NCBI GenBank assembly: GCA_043766165.1
Contig: JAYUIJ010000092.1
Span: 1 to 40,944 of the forward strand
Origin: Candidatus Kerfeldbacteria bacterium
Lineage (GTDB): Bacteria > Patescibacteriota > Patescibacteriia > SBBC01 > CAIJZX01
Reading direction: 5' to 3'
Length of the DNA: 40,944 nt
The position numbers and the translations under genes were made by a program. This document shows, piece after piece, positions 1 to 7,800 of the stretch (the first letter of the stretch is position 1; each line of letters starts with the position of its first letter). The notes beneath the pieces were generated by a model. It saw nothing but the letters and a program-made list of their open reading frames with translations. It was not told the origin of the DNA and searched no databases.

Positions 1-919
1 CAATCATAGTCGCCTTATTCACCTGGTACGGAATTTCGCTGACGATGATATTGAAACTACTGCCCTTGCCTTCAACAATCTCGGCTTTGGCACGCATCAC
101 AATCGAACCTTTTCCGGTGGCGTAGGCTTGCTTAATATCGGCTTGATTGTAAATAATACCGCCGGTTGGAAAGTCCGGACCTTTAATAAATCCGAGCAGG
201 TCATCGATCGATGCTTGTGGGCTCTCAATCAAATGCATCGTGGCGTCAATTACTTCCGTCAAATTGTGCGGCGGAATGCTCGTGGCCATACCGACCGCGA
301 TGCCAACCGTCCCCATCAATAACAGGTTTGGTAATTTGGCCGGTAAGACGCGTGGTTCTTGGTGCGAACCGTCATAGTTCGGGACGAAGTCGACCGTGTT
401 CTTATCTAAATCAACCAATAAATCTGTCGCGATTCGATCTAACCGCGCTTCGGTGTATCGCATGGCTGCCGGATTATCGCCGTCCATCGAACCAAAGTTT
501 CCTTGGCCATCAACCAATGGATACCGCATTGCGAAATCTTGCGCCAAACGGACCATTGAGTCGTAAACAGCAGAGTCGCCGTGTGGGTGATATTTACCAA
601 GTACTTCGCCGACCACGGTCGCTGATTTTCGATATTTCGTACCGGCCCGTAGACCAATGCTCCACATGGCGTACAGAATACGGCGGTGAACTGGTTTTAA
701 TCCGTCCCGAACATCTGGCAAAGCGCGTGCCACGATTACGCTCATGGCGTAATCAAGGTACGACTCTTGCATTTCGGTGATTAACGCACGCGGTTCGATG
801 TTGCCAATCGCGAAATCGGTGGTGCCGTGAGCGGCTGGTGGTTTTTTTCCGGCGGAGCCGGATCCGGCTTCGCCGGACTTATCGTCAGCTGGTTTTTTGG
901 ATGACTTGTTGTCAGGCAT
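1..919 (-). CDS. gyrA: DNA gyrase subunit A, N-terminal part (gene continues past window start)
   Basis: Reverse translation from ATG at 919: [26 protein letters not shown]...[33 protein letters not shown]...[53 protein letters not shown]...IPPHNL...GPDFPTGG. This is the canonical GyrA/ParC catalytic N-terminus. It is absent from the ORF track because it is truncated by the window edge. ParC is not formally excluded. Confidence 0.88.
   Translation of the reverse strand, partial: MPDNKSSKKPADDKSGEAGSGSAGKKPPAAHGTTDFAIGNIEPRALITEMQESYLDYAMSVIVARALPDVRDGLKPVHRRILYAMWSIGLRAGTKYRKSATVVGEVLGKYHPHGDSAVYDSMVRLAQDFAMRYPLVDGQGNFGSMDGDNPAAMRYTEARLDRIATDLLVDLDKNTVDFVPNYDGSHQEPRVLPAKLPNLLLMGTVGIAVGMATSIPPHNLTEVIDATMHLIESPQASIDDLLGFIKGPDFPTGGIIYNQADIKQAYATGKGSIVMRAKAEIVEGKGSSFNIIVSEIPYQVNKATMI
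846..878. repeat. 33-nt GC-rich palindromic repeat, copy 1 (inside gyrA 5' coding tail)
   Basis: tttccggcggagccggatccggcttcgccggac matches 25990-26022 at 32/33 positions. The core ccggcggagccggatccggctYcgccgg is self-complementary. Confidence 0.8.
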
Positions 920-933
920 ACGAGTGAGCTACG

Positions 934-1392
934 TTACTGCTGAAATTGCGGAAAGACTTGGTTATTATATTGTTTGATTTCTTCCTGTGCCGGTGATTGT
1001 TGTGCTGTACCGGGCCAGTGTACGGTGCGGAGTAAGTGGGCTGCTTCAGTAAAAATATTTTGACTACTACCGCCGCTCAGTTCGAGGCGAACAACTGCTA
1101 ACCAACCGATGACGATGACTGTCGCTCCCCCACCAACCAACCACCACATCAACCGTCGGCGTTTTTCTTCCGACCATTCATGGACGGGCTGTGAAAGTTT
1201 TTTTGTCGGATTGGAACGTGCGGGTTTCTGCGCGCCCGCCTGCCGCCCGCCTGCCGGACGGCCAGGGTAGGCAGGCGGGCGGATAGTTTGGGTTGATTCA
1301 GTGTGAGATGCTTTTGGCGTCGGTCGAGAATCTACCGTGACTTTGACCGGAATAGTACGTTCACGTTTTGTTGGTTGTTGACTAGGCGCCAT
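934..1392 (-). CDS. hypothetical membrane-anchored Pro/Gly/Ala-rich protein
   Basis: 152-aa ORF with one hydrophobic segment (LMWWLVGGGATVIVIGWLAVV) and a low-complexity N-terminal half. It overlaps the upstream gene by 11 nt and ends 15 nt before the gyrA start, so it looks co-transcribed. Confidence 0.5.
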   Translation of the reverse strand: MAPSQQPTKRERTIPVKVTVDSRPTPKASHTESTQTIRPPAYPGRPAGGRQAGAQKPARSNPTKKLSQPVHEWSEEKRRRLMWWLVGGGATVIVIGWLAVVRLELSGGSSQNIFTEAAHLLRTVHWPGTAQQSPAQEEIKQYNNQVFPQFQQ

Positions 1393-2002
1393 GTGACAAG
1401 GTCAGGACGACCACTTGTGTTTCATCAGCGGGTAAATCTTTTTTCACAATTTTATACTTCTCCGTTGGCTCGCTCCCCTTGCCACCAAGTTCTTTCAAAA
1501 ATGAAGCTACATCAGCGTAAACGGCGGTGCTACCTTGGAACTTATACTGTATTGGGATGACAATTCGTGGTTCAATTTGGCTGACGAGTTTGACGGCGGC
1601 TTCAGCATCAACTACAGATTTTCCGCCAACCGGCACGAATAAAATATCAACCCCTTCAAATTGGGCGATCTGTTCATTTTCTAATGTTCCTTCAATGCTA
1701 CCGAGATGGCCAATGCTTAACTCTTCAGCTTCAATCCGGAAATGTGTTCGGCCACTATCGTTCGGTAATTGAATCCCGTACACAAAAACATTCTGTCGTT
1801 CGTATTCACCCGGGCTAGTAATCATAAACGGTTCACCACCAACGGATTTTGCGTCGCGACCATCAGTTTCCGTTAAAGCTACAATCTGCGCAGTTTGTCG
1901 CGTTGGTTTCAAGCCAGTGCTCGCTGCCGGTGGATCAATTAGGACGACCGTTTCTTTTGTTTGGAGGCGAATTCCAGCCTCACCCAGCCAGGAAATAATC
2001 AT
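1382..2002 (-). CDS. metallo-beta-lactamase-fold hydrolase (UPF0173/YtkL-like)
   Basis: MIISWLGEAGIRLQT...VLIDPP...IVALTE...ILFVPVGG...AVKLVSQIEPRIVIPIQY matches the layout of small MBL-fold metal-dependent hydrolases. The ORF extends to 2035, but the family-typical start MxIxWLG is at 2002. Confidence 0.65.
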   Translation of the reverse strand: MIISWLGEAGIRLQTKETVVLIDPPAASTGLKPTRQTAQIVALTETDGRDAKSVGGEPFMITSPGEYERQNVFVYGIQLPNDSGRTHFRIEAEELSIGHLGSIEGTLENEQIAQFEGVDILFVPVGGKSVVDAEAAVKLVSQIEPRIVIPIQYKFQGSTAVYADVASFLKELGGKGSEPTEKYKIVKKDLPADETQVVVLTLSHGA

Positions 2003-2175
2003 CCCGTTAGAGGCTGAGTAAATAAAAATCTCCACTGCTAGCAGTGCGAGACCAGACTATCGAACCAACTGGTTGCCATGAATAGGCGCTTGTTATTGAT
2101 AGGGTGTGGGGGAAATTCAAGTTCATACTAATGAAGAAATGATTACTACGTAAGCCGCTCAGCCTCTAACGGGAT
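2001..2175. repeat. 18-bp perfect inverted repeat pair (2001-2018 / 2158-2175)
   Basis: atcccgttagaggctgag at 2001-2018 is the exact reverse complement of ctcagcctctaacgggat at 2158-2175. The proximal arm covers the start codon and RBS region of the MBL-fold gene. Confidence 0.85.
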
Positions 2176-2315
2176 CATGAATTTAAGGGAATCGAAGATA
2201 ATGAGAAGCCCGAAAAGTATACCAAAAAAAGCACGGTTTGGCAACGGTGTTTTTGGCTAATGCATGGGCTAAAGGAGGGATTCGAAAGGCCTCAAAAAAC
2301 TACTATGTATATAAA

Positions 2316-2343
2316 GAAAAACCTCATCGCAAGGACGATGAGG
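2316..2343 (-). terminator. intrinsic terminator of the 326-aa gene
   Basis: On the minus strand, cctcatcg-tccttg-cgatgagg is followed by tttttcttt. The hairpin overlaps the stop codon at 2324. Confidence 0.65.
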
Positions 2344-3304
2344 TGGAATGCCAGGGAAAAGGATGTGCCTGATAATCAACGAGCAGGTACTGCTTACGTT
2401 GATTGTGCCGCTCTACAATTGGCTGTAGGTGCTCGTACGGTTCAAATCCGTGAAAGAGTTGTAGAATTGGCAACGACCAGGTGGCGATATTCTGGAAACA
2501 CATTCCCCAGAAGACAGGCCGTGTCCACTCAGGCGGTGGCTCAAACCCTGCTTCACGGGCGATACATGTGGCTTCTTGAAGTCTTTCACTGATGAAACGG
2601 GGTACTTGAGCATGCAGACCATAAGTGTCGATGAACAATTCGGCGTTGGTCGGTATATGTGCACCATAACCGGCAATGTGTGGGCCTTTGCTTGCCCGGT
2701 TGACCAAAACTCCACTGCCACATCTTGTTTTGCCTTGTGTCTCGAGAAGTACATCCTCAAGGCGTAGGGAGTCATCAACGGACATGCTCCGCAAACGACG
2801 CATATCAGCATTCCACATTCTACGATGCGGAGCGACGCGTGTATACTGCGGCCGCAACTGTTCTAGTTGTCGCCGATTAGGATCAAAACTTTTTGCCGCA
2901 AGCGCTTCCTGTGCTGCACGACAAGCTGGTAGCAGTGCCCCGAACACTTTTGAAGACGCATATCTATACGGCACAGTAATGACATTGACTGTCGACTGCT
3001 CACCGGTATACGATCCGAGAATGATAATCGGAGTGGCCGTTGAAAAAAGTTTTCGTAGCAAAACAATGTTTTCTCGGGTATATACATCATCTCTAGATGA
3101 TTCGAGTACAATTGTGCTAACTATGTTCCGTTGCAGGAAAGTAACAAACTTTCTCCTACGGTCGTAGACATCATACGTATCGCTGTAGGTTATAACTTCA
3201 ACATCAACAAAATGCTTAATGGCTAACGCTAAGCCATCTCGGTAGTCGTTAATACCGGGCGTCTCGTCACCATCATGATGAATGACAATCACGACTGGCT
3301 TCAT
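2324..3304 (-). CDS. hypothetical protein, 326 aa (orphan)
   Basis: Long ORF with GGAGG 8 nt upstream of the ATG, its own promoter and its own terminator. The N-terminal ~125 aa show an alternating beta-alpha pattern (MKPVVIVIHHDGDE...IIILGSYTG). No motif recognised. Confidence 0.65.
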   Translation of the reverse strand: MKPVVIVIHHDGDETPGINDYRDGLALAIKHFVDVEVITYSDTYDVYDRRRKFVTFLQRNIVSTIVLESSRDDVYTRENIVLLRKLFSTATPIIILGSYTGEQSTVNVITVPYRYASSKVFGALLPACRAAQEALAAKSFDPNRRQLEQLRPQYTRVAPHRRMWNADMRRLRSMSVDDSLRLEDVLLETQGKTRCGSGVLVNRASKGPHIAGYGAHIPTNAELFIDTYGLHAQVPRFISERLQEATCIAREAGFEPPPEWTRPVFWGMCFQNIATWSLPILQLFHGFEPYEHLQPIVERHNQRKQYLLVDYQAHPFPWHSTSSSLR

Positions 3305-3364
3305 AGTGCCTGCCTCCGGAAAGAGAAAATATATTAAACTGTAAAGGTGCTGTTCAGTGGGGCA

Positions 3365-3392
3365 ATTCTACACAATTTCTAGCTTTTGTCAA
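3365..3392 (-). promoter_or_regulatory. sigma70-type promoter for 2324..3304
   Basis: Minus strand TTGACA-16 nt-TAGAAT. Confidence 0.6.
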
Positions 3393-3466
3393 TACCTCAG
3401 GAGAAAAAAGCTTATCCAAATTGCACTCAGTGTTTTAAGCTAACGCTAAATAAACTTTGAGTTAAG

Positions 3467-3521
3467 GAGATCCTTCGCGATGTAGGATTGGAACGTTGCT
3501 ATGATGGGGCTCAGGATGACG
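3467..3521 (+). repeat. GAGATCCTTCG...CTCAGGATGACG repeat unit (U-type), copy 1
   Basis: gagatccttcg-N32-ctcaggatgacg. The same two boxes recur at 26773-26814, and degenerate copies at 38863-38887 and 39799-39818. It produces the spurious ORF peptide ...GLRMT... Confidence 0.6.
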
Positions 3522-3600
3522 AGGTTTCCTTTAATCCTACAGCCTTCAACCGAATCTTACTGCCTACACGTTTACTTTTTACTCCCTACTTCGTACACGC

Positions 3601-4566
3601 CTACTCGTCACCCCCAAACGCATCCCCCAAATGACTCGTATCCGGCAATTGAACATCGTGAGCCGGAACAGGCGAGACAACGGGTTCTACTGGTGCAACT
3701 GCTTCGCTCGCTGTAGGAACGTGTGGCGCTGGAACTGTTGGTTCATGACCAGCGACAATCGGGACGCCCATGGATGGATTCGGTGTATCAAGATTTTGGT
3801 ACGCGCCAGGAACGTGAATGCCGACACCAGTTGGCGGTGCGGAGAGTGGGGCGGAATATGAAGGTATTCTATTGGGTAGTGAGACAGGTTGTTCAACCGA
3901 GGATAACGGTGCTACTTCTTGCATCTGTGGCATGGTCGTCGCGGCTCGATGCATACCTGGTGCGGAAGCGTTTTGAGTTTTAGCTTGACCGATGATACCG
4001 TGAACAGTGTTTAAATGTGCCCGGCGTTCTTCGAGTTTTGAAAGCTCGTGTGTTTGCATTGCCGCTTCTTTTGCTTGGTCGGCATTATCCTGATATAACC
4101 CTTTGACCATCTCCTTAGCCTTAGCCTCAAGATGTGTCTTACCGCCCTGACGGAATTTATATTTAAGCGGACTACTACCCGCTACATCCTGCGTCGCTTC
4201 TAATTCAGCTTCGAGTAATTCCGATTCAAACTTTTTTATACTCTGGGAAGAATCTAAACGACGTCCAGCTTCTGAACGATGTACGAAGTCACGGGCATTT
4301 TCACCAAGAATTTTTCCTTCTTTGGCTAGTTTGCGTAATGCGTCTAACTTTAACTTACCCGGAATGTATTTCGACTCCAGGGTTCGTTTAATTTCCATCT
4401 CCTTATCTTTGCTTGAAGACAGAACTGGTTTTTTAACAACAATCTTCGACGCGGCCGCTGTGTGCATCTGTTTATTGGCCGCTAACTGACCGCCTAAGCT
4501 TTGAAATTTAGGAATCCCGCCGCCGATTGGACTACCGCCGAATGAACGCCCTTGATAGTGTGACAT
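3601..4566 (-). CDS. hypothetical coiled-coil / Pro-rich protein
   Basis: The ORF runs 3601..4674. Its first 36 codons translate the low-complexity inverted-repeat arm at 4589-4680, so the likely start is MSHYQGRSFGG at 4566. It has a charged helical middle (KEMEIKRTLESKY...LEAELEA) and a P/V/A-rich C-terminus. Confidence 0.5.
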   Translation of the reverse strand: MSHYQGRSFGGSPIGGGIPKFQSLGGQLAANKQMHTAAASKIVVKKPVLSSSKDKEMEIKRTLESKYIPGKLKLDALRKLAKEGKILGENARDFVHRSEAGRRLDSSQSIKKFESELLEAELEATQDVAGSSPLKYKFRQGGKTHLEAKAKEMVKGLYQDNADQAKEAAMQTHELSKLEERRAHLNTVHGIIGQAKTQNASAPGMHRAATTMPQMQEVAPLSSVEQPVSLPNRIPSYSAPLSAPPTGVGIHVPGAYQNLDTPNPSMGVPIVAGHEPTVPAPHVPTASEAVAPVEPVVSPVPAHDVQLPDTSHLGDAFGGDE

Positions 4567-4588
4567 GTATGTAGAATAGCATTTATCG

Positions 4589-4680
4589 TTGAAATTCCAA
4601 ATTTCTGTACCCAAGCACCAAGCTCTAAGCACCAAAATCCAAACAAGGACCAAAATGCAAATTACAAAATTCAAACATGC
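4589..4680. repeat. left arm of a long imperfect inverted repeat flanking the four-helix-bundle gene
   Basis: aaattccaaat..cccaagcacc..aaaatccaaacaa..ggaccaaaat..ttcaaac aligns with the reverse complement of 5171-5238 (aaattccaaat cccaagcacc aaattccaaacaa ggtccaaat ttcaaac). Confidence 0.65.
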
Positions 4681-4701
4681 AGATACTGTGCTATCTAACC
4701 A

Positions 4702-5091
4702 TTACCTTTTGTCTGCGGGAGATGCTTTGTTGATGATAGACGATAGTATCAATCGCAATTCCTTAGCTTCTTGTTGCAAGGCTTGTGCTCGTGTCGTATA
4801 GGATGCATTGTTCGTTTCTTGTAACAGCTGCAGCCAATACTCGGACTCCTTAGCTTCTTTCCGAGCAATCCGAAGACGAAAAAGAAAATCTTTTTTACTG
4901 AACGCCTCGTTGGCTTCAATATAATTTGCACCTACTGACGCTGTAGAGCGAATAACTTGTTTTTGGTATTCGATATTTGAAATTGTTGGCGGCAATGTAT
5001 TACAAAACAGTATCGTTTGTTTTGTAAATACTGCGGCACGATCGACAAGATTGAATTGTTGAGAATACATAAAATAAGCGGCTTTCTCCAA
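4702..5091 (-). CDS. four-helix-bundle protein (23S rRNA intervening-sequence protein family, TIGR02436-like)
   Basis: ...QVIRSTASVGANYIEANEAFSKKDFLFRLRIARKEAKESEYWLQLL... matches the family signature (IxxSxxSIxxNIAEG..S.kDF...l.iA.gS..E..ywL.L). The annotated start at 5091 is TTG; an ATG lies at 5070. Confidence 0.8.
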   Translation of the reverse strand: MEKAAYFMYSQQFNLVDRAAVFTKQTILFCNTLPPTISNIEYQKQVIRSTASVGANYIEANEAFSKKDFLFRLRIARKEAKESEYWLQLLQETNNASYTTRAQALQQEAKELRLILSSIINKASPADKR

Positions 5092-5103
5092 GCCACTGCT
5101 CAG

Positions 5104-5132
5104 AATATACTGTTACAGCTCATATTTGTCAA
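5104..5132 (-). promoter_or_regulatory. sigma70-type promoter for the four-helix-bundle gene
   Basis: Minus strand TTGACA-17 nt-TATATT, lying inside the inverted-repeat-bounded cassette. Confidence 0.6.
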
Positions 5133-5170
5133 GTACTGACAGTAAAGTATAAACCTCAATCAACAGGATC

Positions 5171-5238
5171 CGAGTTTGAACATTGATATTTGGACCTTGA
5201 AATTTGTTTGGAATTTGGTGCTTGGGATTTGGAATTTG
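5171..5238. repeat. right arm of the inverted repeat flanking the four-helix-bundle gene
   Basis: See 4589-4680. The arms are about 70-90 nt with several 10-12-nt perfect blocks. Confidence 0.65.
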
Positions 5239-5248
5239 CCAGCAATCC

Positions 5249-5276
5249 TTGACATATACTGCGAATCCAGTATACT
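5249..5276 (+). promoter_or_regulatory. sigma70-type promoter upstream of rpsA
   Basis: TTGACA (5249-5254), 16 nt, TATACT (5271-5276), about 100 nt upstream of the rpsA ATG. Confidence 0.6.
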
Positions 5277-5375
5277 CGTCTAGCTCTTATTCACTCTATA
5301 ACGTCCACTTTTATCCATATCTGACGTCGGACGTCGTCGGACCTAGCCACTGCGCTGGGTGATACAACTATATAT

Positions 5376-6581
5376 ATGACGACTGTTACTCCGGTTACTG
5401 CTCCATCCGAAATGGAGAAATTGTTGCAAGATGATTCGCTACCGCATTTACCGCTGGTTGGCGATATTGTTGATGCCAAAGTTCTGAGCGTTTCAAAAAA
5501 TGAAGTCAATCTAGACCTAGGCGGCATCGCCACCGGTATTGTTCGCGGTAAGGAACTGGTTGATGAATCCGGAGAAACCGCAAATCTAAAAACGGGTGAT
5601 ACGGTCAGCGCGACGGTGCTGGAAATGGAAAATGAAAAAGGGATCATGGAATTGTCTTTCCGTTCAGCCGGACACCAGAAAGCCTGGGACGAATTAATTC
5701 GCTTACAGCAAACCGGTGAAGTCATTGACGTTCCGGTACTCGATGCTAACCGTGGTGGTTTGATGGTCAAGGTGAACCACATTGACGGCTTCTTACCAGT
5801 CTCCCAATTAACGCCGGAACATTATCCTCGCGTTGAAGGCGGCGATAAGCAGCGCGTCTTAGAAGCGTTACAGAAATTCAACGGTCAATTGATGCGCGTC
5901 AAAGTTCTTGATGTTAACGAAATTGATGGCAAACTGATCGTTTCAGAAAAAGCCGCTTGGGCCAAAGAACAAGCCGCTATCGTGTCTGGCTACGCAGCTG
6001 GTGACGTCATCGAAGGAAAAGTCACGGGTGTCGTTGACTTCGGCGCTTTCGTTGAATTCGGTCAGCACCTCGAAGGCTTGATCCATATTTCCGAACTAGC
6101 TTGGCAGCGCGTTGAAAATCCACGCGACTTAGTCAAGGTCGGCGACCAAATCAAAGCCAGCATCATCGGTATTGAAGGCACAAAAATTTCCTTGTCCCTC
6201 AAGCGCTTAACCGACGACCCATGGAAGAAAGCCGTTGAACGCTATAGCGTCGGCCAAGTCGTCCAAGGAAAAATCTTGAAGCTCAACCCATACGGCGTCT
6301 TCGTTGAACTCGATAATGAGATTCACGGTCTAGCCCACATTTCCGAATTGTCATCAAAGTCCATCCGCGCCGCGACGGAAATCGTCAAAGAAGGCGAAAC
6401 CCGAAACTTCAAAATCATTTCGATCGATGCCGACGCTCACCGCTTAGGCCTATCGATCAAACAACTTGAAGATGGTGCACCGGCAACGGCGGATGGTGAA
6501 CGCGTGTCTGATCCAGCCTTGGCTGGAGTCAGTCTCGATGAGCCTGTCGAGCAAGAGAAAGAGGAAGCGAAGACGGAGTAA
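5376..6581 (+). CDS. rpsA: 30S ribosomal protein S1 (short, four S1 domains)
   Basis: Four repeats of the S1 OB-fold signature: GDIVDAKVLSV, GEVIDVPVLDANRGGLMV, GDVIEGKVTGVVDFGAFVEF..EGLIHISELA, GQVVQGKILKLNPYGVFVEL..IHGLAHISEL. Acidic C-terminal tail. Confidence 0.9.
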   Translation: MTTVTPVTAPSEMEKLLQDDSLPHLPLVGDIVDAKVLSVSKNEVNLDLGGIATGIVRGKELVDESGETANLKTGDTVSATVLEMENEKGIMELSFRSAGHQKAWDELIRLQQTGEVIDVPVLDANRGGLMVKVNHIDGFLPVSQLTPEHYPRVEGGDKQRVLEALQKFNGQLMRVKVLDVNEIDGKLIVSEKAAWAKEQAAIVSGYAAGDVIEGKVTGVVDFGAFVEFGQHLEGLIHISELAWQRVENPRDLVKVGDQIKASIIGIEGTKISLSLKRLTDDPWKKAVERYSVGQVVQGKILKLNPYGVFVELDNEIHGLAHISELSSKSIRAATEIVKEGETRNFKIISIDADAHRLGLSIKQLEDGAPATADGERVSDPALAGVSLDEPVEQEKEEAKTE

Positions 6582-6593
6582 TGTATCGATAGT

Positions 6594-6630
6594 AAAAAAG
6601 ACCCGCATCGTTAATCGGTGCGGGTTTTTG
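6594..6630. terminator. bidirectional hairpin terminator between rpsA and the XRE gene
   Basis: aaaaaag-acccgca-tcgttaatcgg-tgcgggt-ttttt. The loop contains the stop codon of the convergent minus-strand gene. Confidence 0.75.
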
Positions 6631-6973
6631 TGAAACGTTCCTTCATCGAGTGCATGTGGATGACGATCTGGGGCTTATAGCCAAGGGCATCGCAGAGCAC
6701 AGCAAATGTTCGCAGGTCAATCTCTTTGAAATCGAGAAAGTTATTCAACTCGGAAATCTTCATGCCGGCCTTTCGAGCAAGCGTACCACGGCTCACTCCA
6801 GTCCGAGTAATTAAAGTATCCAACTTCTTAGATATTTCCGTTTCTATGTTGAGCTGCAACTCAGCCTGTCGGAGCAACCGACGTTTCCGCGGATCTGTCG
6901 CGAATTTTTCATAGTCAGTCCTGGGCACGATGCCGCGTTTCTGTAACGGTGCCTTGATTGCACTCGTGGTCAT
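6611..6973 (-). CDS. XRE-family helix-turn-helix transcriptional regulator
   Basis: C-terminal Cro/C1-type HTH: ITRTGVSRGTLARKAGMKISELNNFLDFKEIDLRTFAVLCDALGYKPQIVI. Confidence 0.75.
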   Translation of the reverse strand: MTTSAIKAPLQKRGIVPRTDYEKFATDPRKRRLLRQAELQLNIETEISKKLDTLITRTGVSRGTLARKAGMKISELNNFLDFKEIDLRTFAVLCDALGYKPQIVIHMHSMKERFTKTRTD

Positions 6974-7030
6974 AGCACCTCCTAGGAGAGAGGAGTAGCA
7001 GTTAATACATCTTATAAAGAACAGCCAGCG

Positions 7031-7090
7031 AGACTATCAAAAATAAAGAAAAATGTCAAGACAGTTGACAATCCGCTATTTTGATATAGG
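7031..7090. promoter_or_regulatory. divergent promoter region with palindrome TGTCAA-gacag-TTGACA
   Basis: Minus strand: TTGACA (rc of 7054-7059), 17 nt, TAGTCT (rc of 7031-7036), for the XRE gene. Plus strand: TTGACA 7065-7070 and TGaTATAGG 7082-7090, for the HUH gene, though that spacing of 14 nt is short. Confidence 0.5.
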
Positions 7091-7124
7091 GTAAGCACGT
7101 AGTGGCTCGGCATATTTCAATCAT

Positions 7125-7745
7125 ATGTCCCAACGAGCCATCAACGGAGATTTTGTGTATTTCGTAACCTTCAACGTCCAAGACAGACGGTGGTTTTTTG
7201 TGACACCCGAACGGGCTAATGTGTTAGGGCAAGCGATACAGACGTCGTGTGAGATGAAGGGGTTTGTGTTGTTTGGGTATTGTATATTGCCTAATCATGT
7301 TCACGTGATGGTGCTGCCGAAGGATAAAACAACGATGGGGAATGCTGCAACGTCACAACGCACGCGGGGGCGCGTACGTTGTGAGGGAGTGGACGATGGT
7401 ATTGCGGAAAAAAAACAGAGCGAGCAGAAAGAGACACAAGAACAAGATCCAGTCTTTCTTTACACACAACGTCGGCGCCCCCGCCGGCGTTCGTTATCGG
7501 AGCCACAAAACTTTACTCTTTCTGATTTGATGCATTCGATCAAAAGTACATTTTCTCTCTGGCTAGATCAAGGCAAATTTTGGCAACACCGATCCAACAT
7601 TCGCCTTGTTACCAATCAAGAAGACTTCAATAATAAAATTAATTACATACAATATAATTATCGAAAAATGGATTTACCTGAATCGTATGGGAAAGATCCA
7701 TTTGTAAATATTGATTGGAATAACATACATCGATTCTGGGCATAG
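7125..7745 (+). CDS. IS200/RAYT-like HUH (Y1) transposase-family protein with internal low-complexity insert
   Basis: FVYFVTFNVQDRRWFF, FGYCILPNHVHVMVLP (HUH motif), and a C-terminal ...FWQHRSNIRLV...INYIQYNYRK (YIxxN Tyr helix). A charged insert of about 60 aa (KDKTTMGN...RRRPRRRSL) follows the HUH motif. No IS ends recognised around it. Confidence 0.7.
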   Translation: MSQRAINGDFVYFVTFNVQDRRWFFVTPERANVLGQAIQTSCEMKGFVLFGYCILPNHVHVMVLPKDKTTMGNAATSQRTRGRVRCEGVDDGIAEKKQSEQKETQEQDPVFLYTQRRRPRRRSLSEPQNFTLSDLMHSIKSTFSLWLDQGKFWQHRSNIRLVTNQEDFNNKINYIQYNYRKMDLPESYGKDPFVNIDWNNIHRFWA

Positions 7746-7785
7746 GATGGGTCTTAAACCCGCGCTGTGTGTGGTGTGGGTGTCA

Positions 7786-7794
7786 TGCTATACT
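7786..7794 (+). promoter_or_regulatory. extended -10 (TGcTATACT) placed 6 nt before the ATG: leaderless candidate
   Basis: tgctatact-cccccc-ATG(7801), with no SD possible. Confidence 0.5.
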
Positions 7795-7800
7795 CCCCCC

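Noticed and set aside
2178-2261. 27-codon plus-strand ORF (MNLRESKIMRSPKSIPKKARFGNGVFG) directly after the distal arm of the 18-bp inverted repeat.
   Set aside because: It has no SD, is very short and basic, and has no supporting promoter. It is mentioned only as context for the inverted-repeat finding.
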